Virus record (IMG/VR): IMGVR_UViG_3300040811_000687 | Strand: one strand, 5' to 3' | From: a virus | Length of the DNA: 64,000 bases | In this document: positions 38,060-48,087 of the stretch, piece after piece | Position numbering within the stretch: the first letter of the stretch is position 1 | Layout of the letters: every line of letters starts with the position of its first letter | Translations under genes and position numbers: made by a program | Notes under the pieces: generated by a model | Databases searched by the model: none | Seen by the model: only the letters and a program-made list of their open reading frames with translations | What the model was told of the DNA's origin: nothing

Positions 38060-38749
38060 TTATAACCAAGTAACTATTTCTTCTATTTCAGGTTTAATAT
38101 CTTCACTAACACTTAAAGGTGTTAATGTTTGTCTTCTAGTTTTTTCAGCATAACCAATACTCATCATAGAAATTGGCATACGTGTACACCATTTTAATCC
38201 AGCGTCTTGCCATTGTTTTTGATCTCTAATGAAACATGAGTTATATGATATATCAATGTCTTTTTCTAACAAATAATTTGTTAAATTTTGCATAAAGAGT
38301 CCTACTTCTACAGCAAAAACAGAAACAAGCCTATCTGCCTTTTCCTCAATCATTTGTTCAGGATGATGTCCTTCAGCTATTTTTTTTTCATAAAATTTGT
38401 TTGCTTTTTTACATACTCTAGCAGTAATAACTACCAAATAAGGATTTAATTTTATATGTTCGTAGAAAGGATTTACTGCCCCACCTTGTGTATGATTTTG
38501 ATATCCTGCTTTAACGGCATCGTCTTCGGCTCTAATATGATCCTTACGTACCATACTATAAACAGCGTCTTTGTCTTTCTGTTTTTCAGGACCTAAAACA
38601 AATACCTCATATGGATTAAAATTATTTTTAGATGGTGATGTTTTCCATGCCTTCCATAAAGCGTCCTTGACCTCATCTAACGGAGGTATTTTTTCACTAT
38701 ACTTTCTAACGTGTCTTCTTTTTGTTTCTAATAATTCAAATGTGTTCAT
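38060..38749 (-). CDS. Nitroreductase-family flavoprotein
   Basis: RRHVRKYSEK, AWKTSPSKNNFNPYEVFV, VEVGLF, SIGY. Confidence 0.8.
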   Translation of the reverse strand: MNTFELLETKRRHVRKYSEKIPPLDEVKDALWKAWKTSPSKNNFNPYEVFVLGPEKQKDKDAVYSMVRKDHIRAEDDAVKAGYQNHTQGGAVNPFYEHIKLNPYLVVITARVCKKANKFYEKKIAEGHHPEQMIEEKADRLVSVFAVEVGLFMQNLTNYLLEKDIDISYNSCFIRDQKQWQDAGLKWCTRMPISMMSIGYAEKTRRQTLTPLSVSEDIKPEIEEIVTWL

Positions 38750-38750
38750 A

Positions 38751-40286
38751 TTATTTTCTTATTATATAGTCATTAATAACTAGTATATCTAATGCTGTCT
38801 TTTTAAATGTTTTTAATGCATGTTCAGGACTTTCTACAATAGGTTCTTGACAATTAAAACTTGTATTAAGCAACATGGGTACGCCAGTAATTTCTCCAAA
38901 CTCTCTTATTAGTTCATAGAATTTACTATTGTCATTTTTGTTTACAGTTTGTATTCTAGCAGTACCATCAACGTGAGTAACACCAGGTATTACTGATTTT
39001 TTATATTCTTTAACCTTACATATTCTTGACATATAAGGACTAGGTAAATTAGTATCAAAATATTCTTTATAGTGTTCTTCTAAAACTGCTGGTGCAAATG
39101 GTCTAAAGTCTTCTCTCATTTTTATTGTGCCATTGATGATATCTTTGATATCAGGATTACGAGGGTCAGCTAATATACTTCTATTACCTAATGCTCTATT
39201 ACCACTTTCTGATTTACCTTGAAACCAACCTACTATTTTACCATCAGCAATTGCCTGAGCAACTTCTTTGTATGAAATTAACTTTTCAGCACCTTTATAG
39301 TAATCATATGATTTACCAGCATAAACGTTAGACTTATGTACATTATTATTTATTGTATAATCGGCATGTTGATAAGCACCAATAGCTTGGCCTTCATCAC
39401 CTATTGCAGGTGGAACAAATACATTATCCCATTTTTCGGTAAACATTTCATTACAATAACCGTTATATGCAACACCACCAGCAAGACATAAGTTATCTGA
39501 ACTTTTTAAAGGATAAACATGTTCTTTAATTCTTTCCATAGTAATTTCTTGTAGTGTATATGCTAAATCATCTATACCATGTTTATCTATTTCTATGTGT
39601 TTCCATTCAGGATACTTTCTTTCTAAAATAGGTCCTTCTAATATAGTGGTTAATACATTATAATAGTAATCACTATGTTTACCATAACCAACTTTACCCA
39701 TAAGTTTACTTGCACCTAATGTTCCAAAACCTGTAAGATTAGACATATGATTCCACAACCAGCCAATAGGAAGTTGTGATGATAAATTAGTTGCTTTACC
39801 GTCTCTATCAAAAAATAAACATCTATATCTTGAGCCAATACCATCTATTGCAAGTACATCACTTTGTTGATAACCTGAATTTAAAAATGCATAAGCGGCA
39901 TGTGATTGATGATGATCAATATAATAGATACCGTCTTTATAATGATTTTGCCATAATGATTTAACTTCATAGTCTAAAATCTCATCGTGACCTTTGAATA
40001 TAGTATTAAATAATTCTTCTTTTGATTTTCTTATACCACCATAAGTATATGTAAATGCTAAAACACCCTCCTCTGGCTTTTTAAGATATTCACTTAAAAA
40101 TTCATCATTTAAAGTATAATCACCAGGATTTAATATATCTGATTGATGATTGTAAGCTTCTGCTCTGTATGGTAGATTATGTTTAAATCTAGTGTGTCTT
40201 TCTCTTTGATTGTGATATACACCATCATAGGTATTGTGATCGTGTAAGTTAATTGCAACAGCATTTATTTTCATTTTATTCTCCAT
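38751..40286 (-). CDS. O-carbamoyltransferase (NodU/CmcH/TobZ family)
   Basis: IDHHQSHA, DGIGS, LAGGVAYN, GWFQGKSESGNRALGNRSILADP, REDFRPFAP, THVDGTARIQTV, LLNTSFN. Confidence 0.95.
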   Translation of the reverse strand: MENKMKINAVAINLHDHNTYDGVYHNQRERHTRFKHNLPYRAEAYNHQSDILNPGDYTLNDEFLSEYLKKPEEGVLAFTYTYGGIRKSKEELFNTIFKGHDEILDYEVKSLWQNHYKDGIYYIDHHQSHAAYAFLNSGYQQSDVLAIDGIGSRYRCLFFDRDGKATNLSSQLPIGWLWNHMSNLTGFGTLGASKLMGKVGYGKHSDYYYNVLTTILEGPILERKYPEWKHIEIDKHGIDDLAYTLQEITMERIKEHVYPLKSSDNLCLAGGVAYNGYCNEMFTEKWDNVFVPPAIGDEGQAIGAYQHADYTINNNVHKSNVYAGKSYDYYKGAEKLISYKEVAQAIADGKIVGWFQGKSESGNRALGNRSILADPRNPDIKDIINGTIKMREDFRPFAPAVLEEHYKEYFDTNLPSPYMSRICKVKEYKKSVIPGVTHVDGTARIQTVNKNDNSKFYELIREFGEITGVPMLLNTSFNCQEPIVESPEHALKTFKKTALDILVINDYIIRK

Positions 40287-40301
40287 TCTTAATAAATTTA
40301 T

Positions 40302-40670
40302 TTATAATCCCATTAAATCTCTTATTTCGGGATCAATCATATCCCTAGACCACGTAGGTGTCATTGTAATTCTAACTTTGCATTTAAGTCCTGGTATACT
40401 TTCAACGGCTTGTCTTACTCCGTTAACTATTTCATCTACGGCAGGACAAAAAGCAGACGTTAAACTCATTAATACAAATACATATCTTTCAGAGGTAACT
40501 TTAACATCATATATAAGTCCGAGTGTGTATATATCTGTAGAAATTTCAGGATCATAACAAGTTTTAAGTTTCTCTGTAATTTTATTAATAAACTCTAGAC
40601 GCATTTCTTGATCGTCTTTAATATCTGATAAAGTAGCGTTTACTTGTGGATCAATTGATGGTTCATTCAT
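40302..40670 (-). CDS. DUF59/SufT-like Fe-S assembly protein
   Basis: YDPEISTDIYTLGLIYDV, MSLTSAFCP, PTWSRDMI. Confidence 0.9.
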   Translation of the reverse strand: MNEPSIDPQVNATLSDIKDDQEMRLEFINKITEKLKTCYDPEISTDIYTLGLIYDVKVTSERYVFVLMSLTSAFCPAVDEIVNGVRQAVESIPGLKCKVRITMTPTWSRDMIDPEIRDLMGL

Positions 40671-40673
40671 AAT

Positions 40674-40988
40674 TTATTTTTTACTTTCTATTGTACAAAC
40701 TCTTTTACAAGGTTTAGGTGCCTTATCATAATCAATCAAACTATTTGGTAAAGTTTTTTTAAACCACTCTTTATTTAGTATATTTTTTAAAGAGTCATTT
40801 TTTATGTTATATTCTTCTTTTTTAGATAGATAGTCTTTTATAATAGGATGTGATCTACCATCAGTTTCTTTTTTGTTTTCATAATCTATAAAATGTAATT
40901 TTAAAAAACAACATTGAAACACTTGTCCGTCAGGCTGTATTAAACACCTACTACTTTCTTTCCATTTACAAATAATACTTTTAGCCAT
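40674..40988 (-). CDS. Stand-alone twitch/SPASM-like domain protein
   Basis: ICKW...IQPDGQVFQCCF...PCKRVC. Confidence 0.75.
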   Translation of the reverse strand: MAKSIICKWKESSRCLIQPDGQVFQCCFLKLHFIDYENKKETDGRSHPIIKDYLSKKEEYNIKNDSLKNILNKEWFKKTLPNSLIDYDKAPKPCKRVCTIESKK

Positions 40989-41679
40989 TTTCTTTATTTT
41001 TTGGATATTTGTCTACTGCTATCTGTACTGTTGTATCCGTAGCAGCTTCTAAATATTCATCTTCTCCTTTTTCATTGACAAAATGCCATTTTGATTTACC
41101 ATCAAATCTATCTGATAAACAAAATTCATGGTTATGTGATCCCCATTTCTTTGCTAAATCTAATATATCTTTTTTATAATCCTGGTTATGTTTAAATATA
41201 ATTGTTTGAGATAACGGTATTGCTTTTGTTTTTGACAAAGCATACATATTATTTAAAGATTTTTTTAATGAAGCACCACGTCTATATTTGGTGTGCATTT
41301 CTTCATTAATACCATCTATATCAAAAACGATTGCTAATCTTTTATCACAATAATTACCTATTTCTTCATAAAACTTTTCTGACCTAATACTACCATTTGT
41401 TGTTATGGTTACTTTAGATTTTATTGAATTGTCTATTATGTAATATATAATCTTTTTTATATCTTTGGCCATCAAAGGATCTCCCCATAAACCACAAAAA
41501 CTATATTCTTCCATGTCATCTAAATCATTTATTGGAAAAGCAGTTTGAAACTGTTCTAATGACCAAGTATCTAGAGGAAGTAATTCGTGAGTTTTTAATC
41601 CGTTAGGATCAGTTCTTCTACATTGTGGGCATTTAATGTTACAAAGATTAGTAACAGAAATATCAACCGTTTTCATCAT
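40981..41679 (-). CDS. Radical SAM enzyme (core only)
   Basis: CNIKCPQC, FCGLWGDP, TTNGS, FDIDG, IIFKHNQ. Confidence 0.9.
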   Translation of the reverse strand: MMKTVDISVTNLCNIKCPQCRRTDPNGLKTHELLPLDTWSLEQFQTAFPINDLDDMEEYSFCGLWGDPLMAKDIKKIIYYIIDNSIKSKVTITTNGSIRSEKFYEEIGNYCDKRLAIVFDIDGINEEMHTKYRRGASLKKSLNNMYALSKTKAIPLSQTIIFKHNQDYKKDILDLAKKWGSHNHEFCLSDRFDGKSKWHFVNEKGEDEYLEAATDTTVQIAVDKYPKNKENG

Positions 41680-42515
41680 AATTTTAATATATTACTATAC
41701 TTTTCAATAGGAAAATGTCCTTTCGGTTGTACATATTCTTTACATGTTACACAATACTTCTCATATTTGAATAACTGGAAGTTCATCATCTTATCAATGT
41801 TTTCTTTAGTCATAGGAAAAGACCTAGACAATTCGGTGTTATTTGCAAATTTTTTACTACAGTGTACTATATGTTTTTTTTCAAAATCTATAACAGGTAC
41901 CATAGGAAAAGCAGCACACATTTTACGATCTATTTCAGCCGCCTGTGTGTGTACTTCTTCTACATCACCTTTAGATGGTGTTCTACCGTTAAATGCTTTG
42001 AACATAGTATTTTTATGTTCTAATTGTTTTTTAAATTCTGGATAGTTAGCTATATACTTAAAGTAATTAGGCGTTTTAAGTACTACATTATAATTATTCA
42101 TATCATTAGGTGCTAGATAATCGTAGTTACCTAATTTTTTTATTTTATCTGGATAAAAATCCAGTGTTAAGTGTTCTACGTATAATATTTCAGGATCTTC
42201 TAATATTTCAGGATATCTTTTTCTTATAAAAGAATTAGATAAAACTTGAGGAATAAAATTAGGATATTCTTTTACCATTGCAATTACTTCACGAAGGTTT
42301 TTAATTAAACCTGGTTCACCACCAAGTAAACATATTCTAACTTTATATTCTTTTAACGCTTCTAAGGTTGATCTTAAAAAATCTAAATCTACTGTCAAGT
42401 TTCTCATTTCTAGAGTATAACTTGTACAATAATGACAATCTTTATTACAAGACATAGATAAAAAGAAATCTATCGCTAAATAATTTTTTTGTGCGTATTC
42501 TAGATCAAATTTCAT
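41676..42515 (-). CDS. Radical SAM enzyme (divergent)
   Basis: CNKDCHYC, LLGGEP; C-terminal Cys (MCAA...HCSK...YCVTC). Confidence 0.85.
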   Translation of the reverse strand: MKFDLEYAQKNYLAIDFFLSMSCNKDCHYCTSYTLEMRNLTVDLDFLRSTLEALKEYKVRICLLGGEPGLIKNLREVIAMVKEYPNFIPQVLSNSFIRKRYPEILEDPEILYVEHLTLDFYPDKIKKLGNYDYLAPNDMNNYNVVLKTPNYFKYIANYPEFKKQLEHKNTMFKAFNGRTPSKGDVEEVHTQAAEIDRKMCAAFPMVPVIDFEKKHIVHCSKKFANNTELSRSFPMTKENIDKMMNFQLFKYEKYCVTCKEYVQPKGHFPIEKYSNILKL

Positions 42516-43294
42516 ATAATTTTATATATTGAGAGTCTTTGTATAATATCATCTGCTATAAATTTGTGTCCTTTTTCGTTAGGGTGTTTATCTAAAGTAG
42601 ATACCATTCTATCTGTTATATAACCGTTTTTATACAATTTGTGCATAACGTCTAACATACTAAATTGAGTAAAATTAAGTTTATCTTGAGGTATATTATC
42701 AGTTAAAAAATTTTTTATCTTATATTTATATTTTGCAATACATCTTTTTATTTCTGTTTCATCTAATTCACGACTTCTTATTGCTTTATATGGTAGTATC
42801 GTATCGTCTTTTGTCAATTTAGGATTAATTAATATATCTCGTTCAGTAGGCTTTAATCCTTCAAACATACTTTCATAAATAGCTCCCAACATAAAATGGC
42901 AATAAGGTAAATTAAATCTTTCACATAGTATTTGAAAGCTCATAAATTGTCGCATTGATTTTTTTACACAATTTAATAAATCCATAGATTTGTGGACTCT
43001 GTTGGATCTCCAACGACCAAACCATCCTTCTTGATAATCTTCTCTATGAGATTGTGTCCAAGCTGCTATAACTAATCCTATTTCTTCTTTTGGTGTGTTT
43101 AATATTTCATCTTGTAGAGTAGAATATATAAATTCATTACCTTGACCACCTTTACCTAAACAAACTAGTTCCATACCTAAATGTTTTGCAAGATGTTCGG
43201 GCCATTTTGGCCATGAAAAGTCCCATGTAGGATGGCACACTGATTCAAAATCTAAATCTGTACAACTATCTCCACTAACTATTAATTTTTTCAT
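42512..43294 (-). CDS. SGNH/GDSL-like hydrolase or acyltransferase
   Basis: VSGDSCT, WPEHLA, GKGGQGN, DKHPNEKGH. Confidence 0.7.
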   Translation of the reverse strand: MKKLIVSGDSCTDLDFESVCHPTWDFSWPKWPEHLAKHLGMELVCLGKGGQGNEFIYSTLQDEILNTPKEEIGLVIAAWTQSHREDYQEGWFGRWRSNRVHKSMDLLNCVKKSMRQFMSFQILCERFNLPYCHFMLGAIYESMFEGLKPTERDILINPKLTKDDTILPYKAIRSRELDETEIKRCIAKYKYKIKNFLTDNIPQDKLNFTQFSMLDVMHKLYKNGYITDRMVSTLDKHPNEKGHKFIADDIIQRLSIYKII

Positions 43295-44078
43295 ATAAAA
43301 ACTCCATCATTTTAATTTGTCCTTTTGCATTTGGATGACTGTCGTAATCTGATATTCTTAAATTTCTGACCGTTTCAAGACCTTCTTGTAAAGAATTACT
43401 TAGCTGTAGACTTTCTTCTATCGTAGTTTTATGTTCAAGACAATAACCATTTAGTTCATTTAGAGCTGGCCAACCTATAAAATTATTTATATCAATATGT
43501 TTCTCAAAATCCATAACCATATTTTCTAAAAATTCTTGATCTTCTTTTTTATTTCCAGGATATTTTATTCTAGGCATTTCCTCTGCAGGCTTTGATTGTT
43601 TCATATGGCTAATAATTTCATCATCATTGGGCCACGATCCTTCTAACCAACTCCAAAATAAAGGTATCATTTGAAAGTGTAAGTATTTTAAATTCCATCG
43701 TTGACAGACATTTTGATAACTTAAATAGTACATTAATGATCTTTTTGTCCAACCAAAAATATCACCATCTGAATTAGGAACTTTAACTTCCCATTTTAAT
43801 CTTCGTCCCTCTTGCCAAGTATATCTTTGTGCTTGTGACCAACCTGTTATAACTAATCCTATTCTTTCTTTATCTGTATTAGCTATTGTTTCAAGTACAG
43901 ATTCATAAATATAATCATTTCCATAACCAGATTTTGCTACATTGATACATTTCATATCTAGTTTTTCTGCTAACAACTCTGGCCATTTTGGCCAAGATGT
44001 ATCTATTTCAGGATGTATATGACTCTTATAATTTTTATCTGTAAAACTATCACCACCAGCTATTAATATTTTTTTCAT
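43275..44078 (-). CDS. SGNH/GDSL-like hydrolase or acyltransferase (paralogue)
   Basis: AGGDSFT, WPELLA, AKSGYGN, DSHPNAKG. Confidence 0.7.
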   Translation of the reverse strand: MKKILIAGGDSFTDKNYKSHIHPEIDTSWPKWPELLAEKLDMKCINVAKSGYGNDYIYESVLETIANTDKERIGLVITGWSQAQRYTWQEGRRLKWEVKVPNSDGDIFGWTKRSLMYYLSYQNVCQRWNLKYLHFQMIPLFWSWLEGSWPNDDEIISHMKQSKPAEEMPRIKYPGNKKEDQEFLENMVMDFEKHIDINNFIGWPALNELNGYCLEHKTTIEESLQLSNSLQEGLETVRNLRISDYDSHPNAKGQIKMMEFLYEKINS

Positions 44079-44377
44079 ATTTTACTCCAGAATAATTTAT
44101 TAAATGCTATTTTCATTTTTTGTTTAGGTCCTTCTTTAAAGTTTAATGGACCGTAGTCATACTCTGGTGTTATATAAGTTTTTTCAACTATATATTCATA
44201 AACCGGTTCATTGTACTCATTAATTAAACTCTCATCAAATATATCACTGGTGCCTAATGCTCTTTTTATCATTTGACAGGTCTTAATAAGATTTTGATCA
44301 GTTATAGCAACAGGATTACCATTACTATCAATGTAGCTGATTTGATCTAAAGTTTGATTTGCTATTATTTCTATCAC
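44075..44377 (-). CDS. Hypothetical protein
   Basis: Translationally coupled within the operon. Confidence 0.55.
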   Translation of the reverse strand: MIEIIANQTLDQISYIDSNGNPVAITDQNLIKTCQMIKRALGTSDIFDESLINEYNEPVYEYIVEKTYITPEYDYGPLNFKEGPKQKMKIAFNKLFWSKI

Positions 44378-45426
44378 AGTGAGGCTAATATTGTATTACA
44401 TGTGTTATTTATTTCTTCATCTGTTAAAAAAGGATCAATTGGTAATGTTAAAATTGTATCACTGATATGTTTACAATTAATACAATCATCGCTTCTATGT
44501 GATATGTTTTTATACATAGGGCGTTCAGATATAGGTTTTTCATAGTGTACATTGGCATTTAATCTCTTTTTAACTCTGTTTCTTGTTTCTTTGTCTTCAA
44601 ATCTTACAATATATTTATGATACGTATGATTGACACCATTTGAGGTTGATTGTATAATTATGTCGTCCTTTAGTTGTTCATCATATTTTTTTGCTATTAT
44701 TTGTTTAGCCTCAACATATTGATCTAGTTTTTTTAATCTATAATCAATAAACTTTGCATTAAAGAATAACATTTTAGAGTTGTATCCTAGTATCTCATGG
44801 TTACCATGTTTTCTTAGCTTAATACACATATCAGCATAGTCTTTGTTATCTGTCAATACCACACCACCTCCGGCGATCCCACCTATCGTTTTGTTCGCAT
44901 TAAAACTTATTGTACTTAATTCTCCTAGAGTACCTGCTTTAACACCGTTAAGACTAGAACCTATGGCCTGAGCTGCGTCTTCTATAAATGATATGTTTTT
45001 TTCTTTACAAAATTTTAATATCTCTGTTATATCTGACATATTACCAAATAAATGTGGATAGACAATTGCTTTTACTTTGTCTGAATACATACGTTTGATA
45101 CTGTCAAGTGATATATGATAAGTTTCTTTATCTATATCGCAAAATACAGGAGTTGCACCTACCATAGATATACAAGACGCTGTTGATATCCACGAAAAGT
45201 TGGTTGTCAATACTTCATCGCCTGGTTTTATATTTAAACATTTTAAAGAAAACATTAAAGCGTCTGTACCGTTTTGACAAGCAACAGCATATTTTCTTCC
45301 TATTGTATCTGTAATTGTTTTTTCTAAAAACTCTATATTTTGTTCTTGTTTTTCTTGCATACACTCATCAAAAAGTTTAAGATATTCTTCTTTGTTTAGT
45401 GCATAATCTTTATTCCATGAATCCAT
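44374..45426 (-). CDS. DegT/DnrJ/EryC1/StrS PLP sugar aminotransferase
   Basis: NGTDAL, PGDEV, GATPVFCD, IEDAAQAIG, SFNANK (PLP lysine). Confidence 0.95.
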   Translation of the reverse strand: MDSWNKDYALNKEEYLKLFDECMQEKQEQNIEFLEKTITDTIGRKYAVACQNGTDALMFSLKCLNIKPGDEVLTTNFSWISTASCISMVGATPVFCDIDKETYHISLDSIKRMYSDKVKAIVYPHLFGNMSDITEILKFCKEKNISFIEDAAQAIGSSLNGVKAGTLGELSTISFNANKTIGGIAGGGVVLTDNKDYADMCIKLRKHGNHEILGYNSKMLFFNAKFIDYRLKKLDQYVEAKQIIAKKYDEQLKDDIIIQSTSNGVNHTYHKYIVRFEDKETRNRVKKRLNANVHYEKPISERPMYKNISHRSDDCINCKHISDTILTLPIDPFLTDEEINNTCNTILASL

Positions 45427-45845
45427 TATTTTATTTCCTCTACTACTTTTTTACCTTCAGCTGAAAAGTGAGTTTCTATTTTTATTTTATCTTCTTTTTC
45501 TCTTACTTTACAGTGATGTATACAAACTGATTGTACTTTTTTTAAACTGTCTTCATCTCCTATATCTCTAGCATTAATTAAATCATTTTCAAACTCAACC
45601 CATTCTTTTGTTTCAAGTATTTCATTTATACTATTATAGTCTTCAAGTTTACTTACATCATACAAAGGTTTAAATTCTTTTGAATTTATTATATTTTTTT
45701 CGTCACACCAACAACATGGTAATAAATAACCTCTATTATTAACTGCCATAGGCATAACATGTTTTCTACCATGCCATTCGTAATTTCCTTGTCTATCTTT
45801 ATCCGGTAAACAGAGAGGACTTAATTTAATTCTTTGTTTTGCCAT
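45426..45845 (-). CDS. Stand-alone twitch/SPASM-like domain protein
   Basis: PLC...AVNNRGYLLPCCW...VCIHHC. Confidence 0.75.
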   Translation of the reverse strand: MAKQRIKLSPLCLPDKDRQGNYEWHGRKHVMPMAVNNRGYLLPCCWCDEKNIINSKEFKPLYDVSKLEDYNSINEILETKEWVEFENDLINARDIGDEDSLKKVQSVCIHHCKVREKEDKIKIETHFSAEGKKVVEEIK

Positions 45846-46513
45846 TTGTAATTTCCATCTTTATCTTTTTCAGTTTGTTTTGTTAATAGTGTTTTAATTC
45901 CGGAAGAACCTGTTGGTCTTAAAGGATCTGGTTTACCATTATCATCCCTCCATCTAGAAGATTGAACCAATATAAATTCAAGTCCGTTGTCCGAAGCCAT
46001 TTTTTTGGCTTCTTCTATATTATTTTCATTGTAATTAAATATTATGTATTGCCATTGTGGTGTGGTATTTAAATGTTGTTTTGCTATTTTCATTATCTCA
46101 AACATCTTTTCTCCGTCTTGATTTTTTCTATACTTATGACTATCTTTCGGTAAGCCGTCACAGGCAAATACCCACCTTGCATTTGGATTTGCTTTAAATG
46201 ATTTAATAAACCATGATATAGGTTTAGCCGTGGCTGCGCTGTGAACTGTAGCTCCAATATTTTTTTTATTAAATAGTTCTAGTATTTCATTAAATCTAGG
46301 GTGATGTACAGGATCCGATAATTGTCCACAAAAGCCAACTGATTTAAAATGATCTGTTATCATATCTATTTCATGCAATGTTAGATCACGCCCATGTGGT
46401 ATTAAGCCTTTATTTGTAAAGGCCGTTTGTCTTTGACAATTAGGACATTCTAAAGGACATCTATGAGATAAATCCAAATTCAGTGCGTGTAATCTTTTTT
46501 TAAAATATGACAT
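45821..46513 (-). CDS. Radical SAM enzyme (core only), close paralogue of 13557..14240
   Basis: LNLDLSHRCPLECPNCQRQ, FCGQLSDP, DGLPKDSHKYRKNQDGEK. Confidence 0.9.
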   Translation of the reverse strand: MSYFKKRLHALNLDLSHRCPLECPNCQRQTAFTNKGLIPHGRDLTLHEIDMITDHFKSVGFCGQLSDPVHHPRFNEILELFNKKNIGATVHSAATAKPISWFIKSFKANPNARWVFACDGLPKDSHKYRKNQDGEKMFEIMKIAKQHLNTTPQWQYIIFNYNENNIEEAKKMASDNGLEFILVQSSRWRDDNGKPDPLRPTGSSGIKTLLTKQTEKDKDGNYKWQNKELN

Positions 46514-47379
46514 TATAATTGATTTATAGCTTCTATAAGTGTATTTATATTACTTTTATTTATCGGGTCCGTTAAACAGTTTGCTGGCCTTTTATAATAA
46601 ACAGGTCCTGCGTCTTTAATATTTTTATCTCTTGCATATATAAAATTCATTCCAAAAAAACGACACTCCTGCATTAATCTTGGTGCCGGATCAAATGTGT
46701 GTTTAGTATAAACGTAAGTGTCAAACATACCTAATAAATTTTTTACAGGTACAAATACATGATTTAAATTATGGTCTATGTACTTATCTTTGTATGCCAA
46801 GATACCATGATTTTGGTATTTGTGAATATGTTTTTTTAGTTCAGTATAATAACTTTCGTTTGTACCTAAAAATAGATACTTAAACTTAACGTCTTTAACT
46901 ATAGGTTTATATACACTGTAATTAATAATCTTTTCAAATTGTCTACCTATACCATTAACATATACCTCGTGATCGCATAAGTCAATTACTTTTTCTGGTT
47001 TAAAAAATTCTAGTGCTAAAGGATATTCTTTAGGGTGGTTTTCTGAATATACTGATATAAGAGGTTTCTTAAATAACAAACGTAAAGTCAATTGTGTATC
47101 TTTATCATAGTCTCTAATACTTTTATATGCCAAAGTTAACATACTTCTACCCATAATTAAATTTACATCAGCTTCTTCATAATCAAAATATACATTTTTC
47201 ATATGTATATACTTTTCTGTTAAGGCCTCTATATAAGTTTCTTTGGTAAATCTGTAGTGAGGTATGATTATAAGTTTTGCATTAATACCTAAATCGTTTA
47301 GATATTGTACTTGTTCAAAACTATAATGCATTAAACCATCGCCTGGTTTAGAAGTCACTATTACGTTTAATCTAGTCAT
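46513..47379 (-). CDS. Hypothetical protein, possibly GT-B-like
   Basis: First gene of the 14 kb minus-strand operon. FDPAPRLMQEC resembles the GT-B nucleotide-binding segment. Confidence 0.5.
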   Translation of the reverse strand: MTRLNVIVTSKPGDGLMHYSFEQVQYLNDLGINAKLIIIPHYRFTKETYIEALTEKYIHMKNVYFDYEEADVNLIMGRSMLTLAYKSIRDYDKDTQLTLRLLFKKPLISVYSENHPKEYPLALEFFKPEKVIDLCDHEVYVNGIGRQFEKIINYSVYKPIVKDVKFKYLFLGTNESYYTELKKHIHKYQNHGILAYKDKYIDHNLNHVFVPVKNLLGMFDTYVYTKHTFDPAPRLMQECRFFGMNFIYARDKNIKDAGPVYYKRPANCLTDPINKSNINTLIEAINQL

Positions 47380-47384
47380 ATATT

Positions 47385-47413
47385 ATTATAACATTTTTTG
47401 ATTAATTTGTCAA
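47385..47413 (-). promoter_or_regulatory. Consensus sigma70 promoter for the enzyme operon
   Basis: Minus strand TTGACA-17bp-TG-T-TATAAT; ATG 5 nt downstream. Confidence 0.85.
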
Positions 47414-47422
47414 TGTTGTACA

Positions 47423-47443
47423 TATTTATAACACTTATAAATA
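47423..47443. promoter_or_regulatory. Divergent pair of late promoters
   Basis: TATAAATA on minus (47423-47430) and plus (47436-47443). Confidence 0.7.
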
Positions 47444-47464
47444 GTTATATAACATGGAGGCTAT

Positions 47465-47635
47465 ATGACTATAAAAGCAAAACACAAAGATTTAAAAAAG
47501 CAAGTTAAAGAAGCTGAAGTAAAAAGAGAAACTAGACGTGGTTCAAGAAGTTGGACAGATTTACGTACATTAAAAAAATTAAAACTAAAAATGAAAGATA
47601 AGTTAAGATTATCTAAAAAAAGAATGAGTTTATGA
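47465..47635 (+). CDS. 56-aa DUF465/YdcH-like coiled-coil protein (absent from ORF track)
   Basis: GGAGG RBS; KHKDLKKQV...LKKLKLKMKDKL; ATGA overlap with the next gene. Confidence 0.65.
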   Translation: MTIKAKHKDLKKQVKEAEVKRETRRGSRSWTDLRTLKKLKLKMKDKLRLSKKRMSL

Positions 47636-48087
47636 AGACTTACCAGTACGATTTAGAAAAGATTAAAAAAGAGTTAGAAACTTTACCAGATTATAATAAA
47701 CAATTATATCTACAAGGTTATTCTAAAGACATGGATCCTGAAGAAGGAGCTGGTAAAGGTTATGACGTAGATAAAGTAGAACACACATATACTGTTCCTT
47801 TATTTGATATACCTTATATTAATAGTATAATGGAAGAACACAAACTTACTAGAACAAGATTGATGAGAATGAAACCTAAAGCATGTTATCTTTGGCATAA
47901 TGACTTGACACAAAGATTACATATACCAATAGTAACAAATGAACACTGTTTCTTATTACTAGATAATGATAGAATACACATACCAGCCACAGGAGAGGCG
48001 TATGTAATAGACACTAGAAAAAAACATACAGCACTAAATTGTTCAAAAGAAGATCGTACTCATATTGTTGGAGGACTACCTTATTAA
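47632..48087 (+). CDS. 2OG-Fe(II) oxygenase, Asp/Asn beta-hydroxylase-like
   Basis: RLMRMKP...WHND (HxD), RLHIPIVTN, HTALN, RTHIV. Confidence 0.82.
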   Translation: MKTYQYDLEKIKKELETLPDYNKQLYLQGYSKDMDPEEGAGKGYDVDKVEHTYTVPLFDIPYINSIMEEHKLTRTRLMRMKPKACYLWHNDLTQRLHIPIVTNEHCFLLLDNDRIHIPATGEAYVIDTRKKHTALNCSKEDRTHIVGGLPY

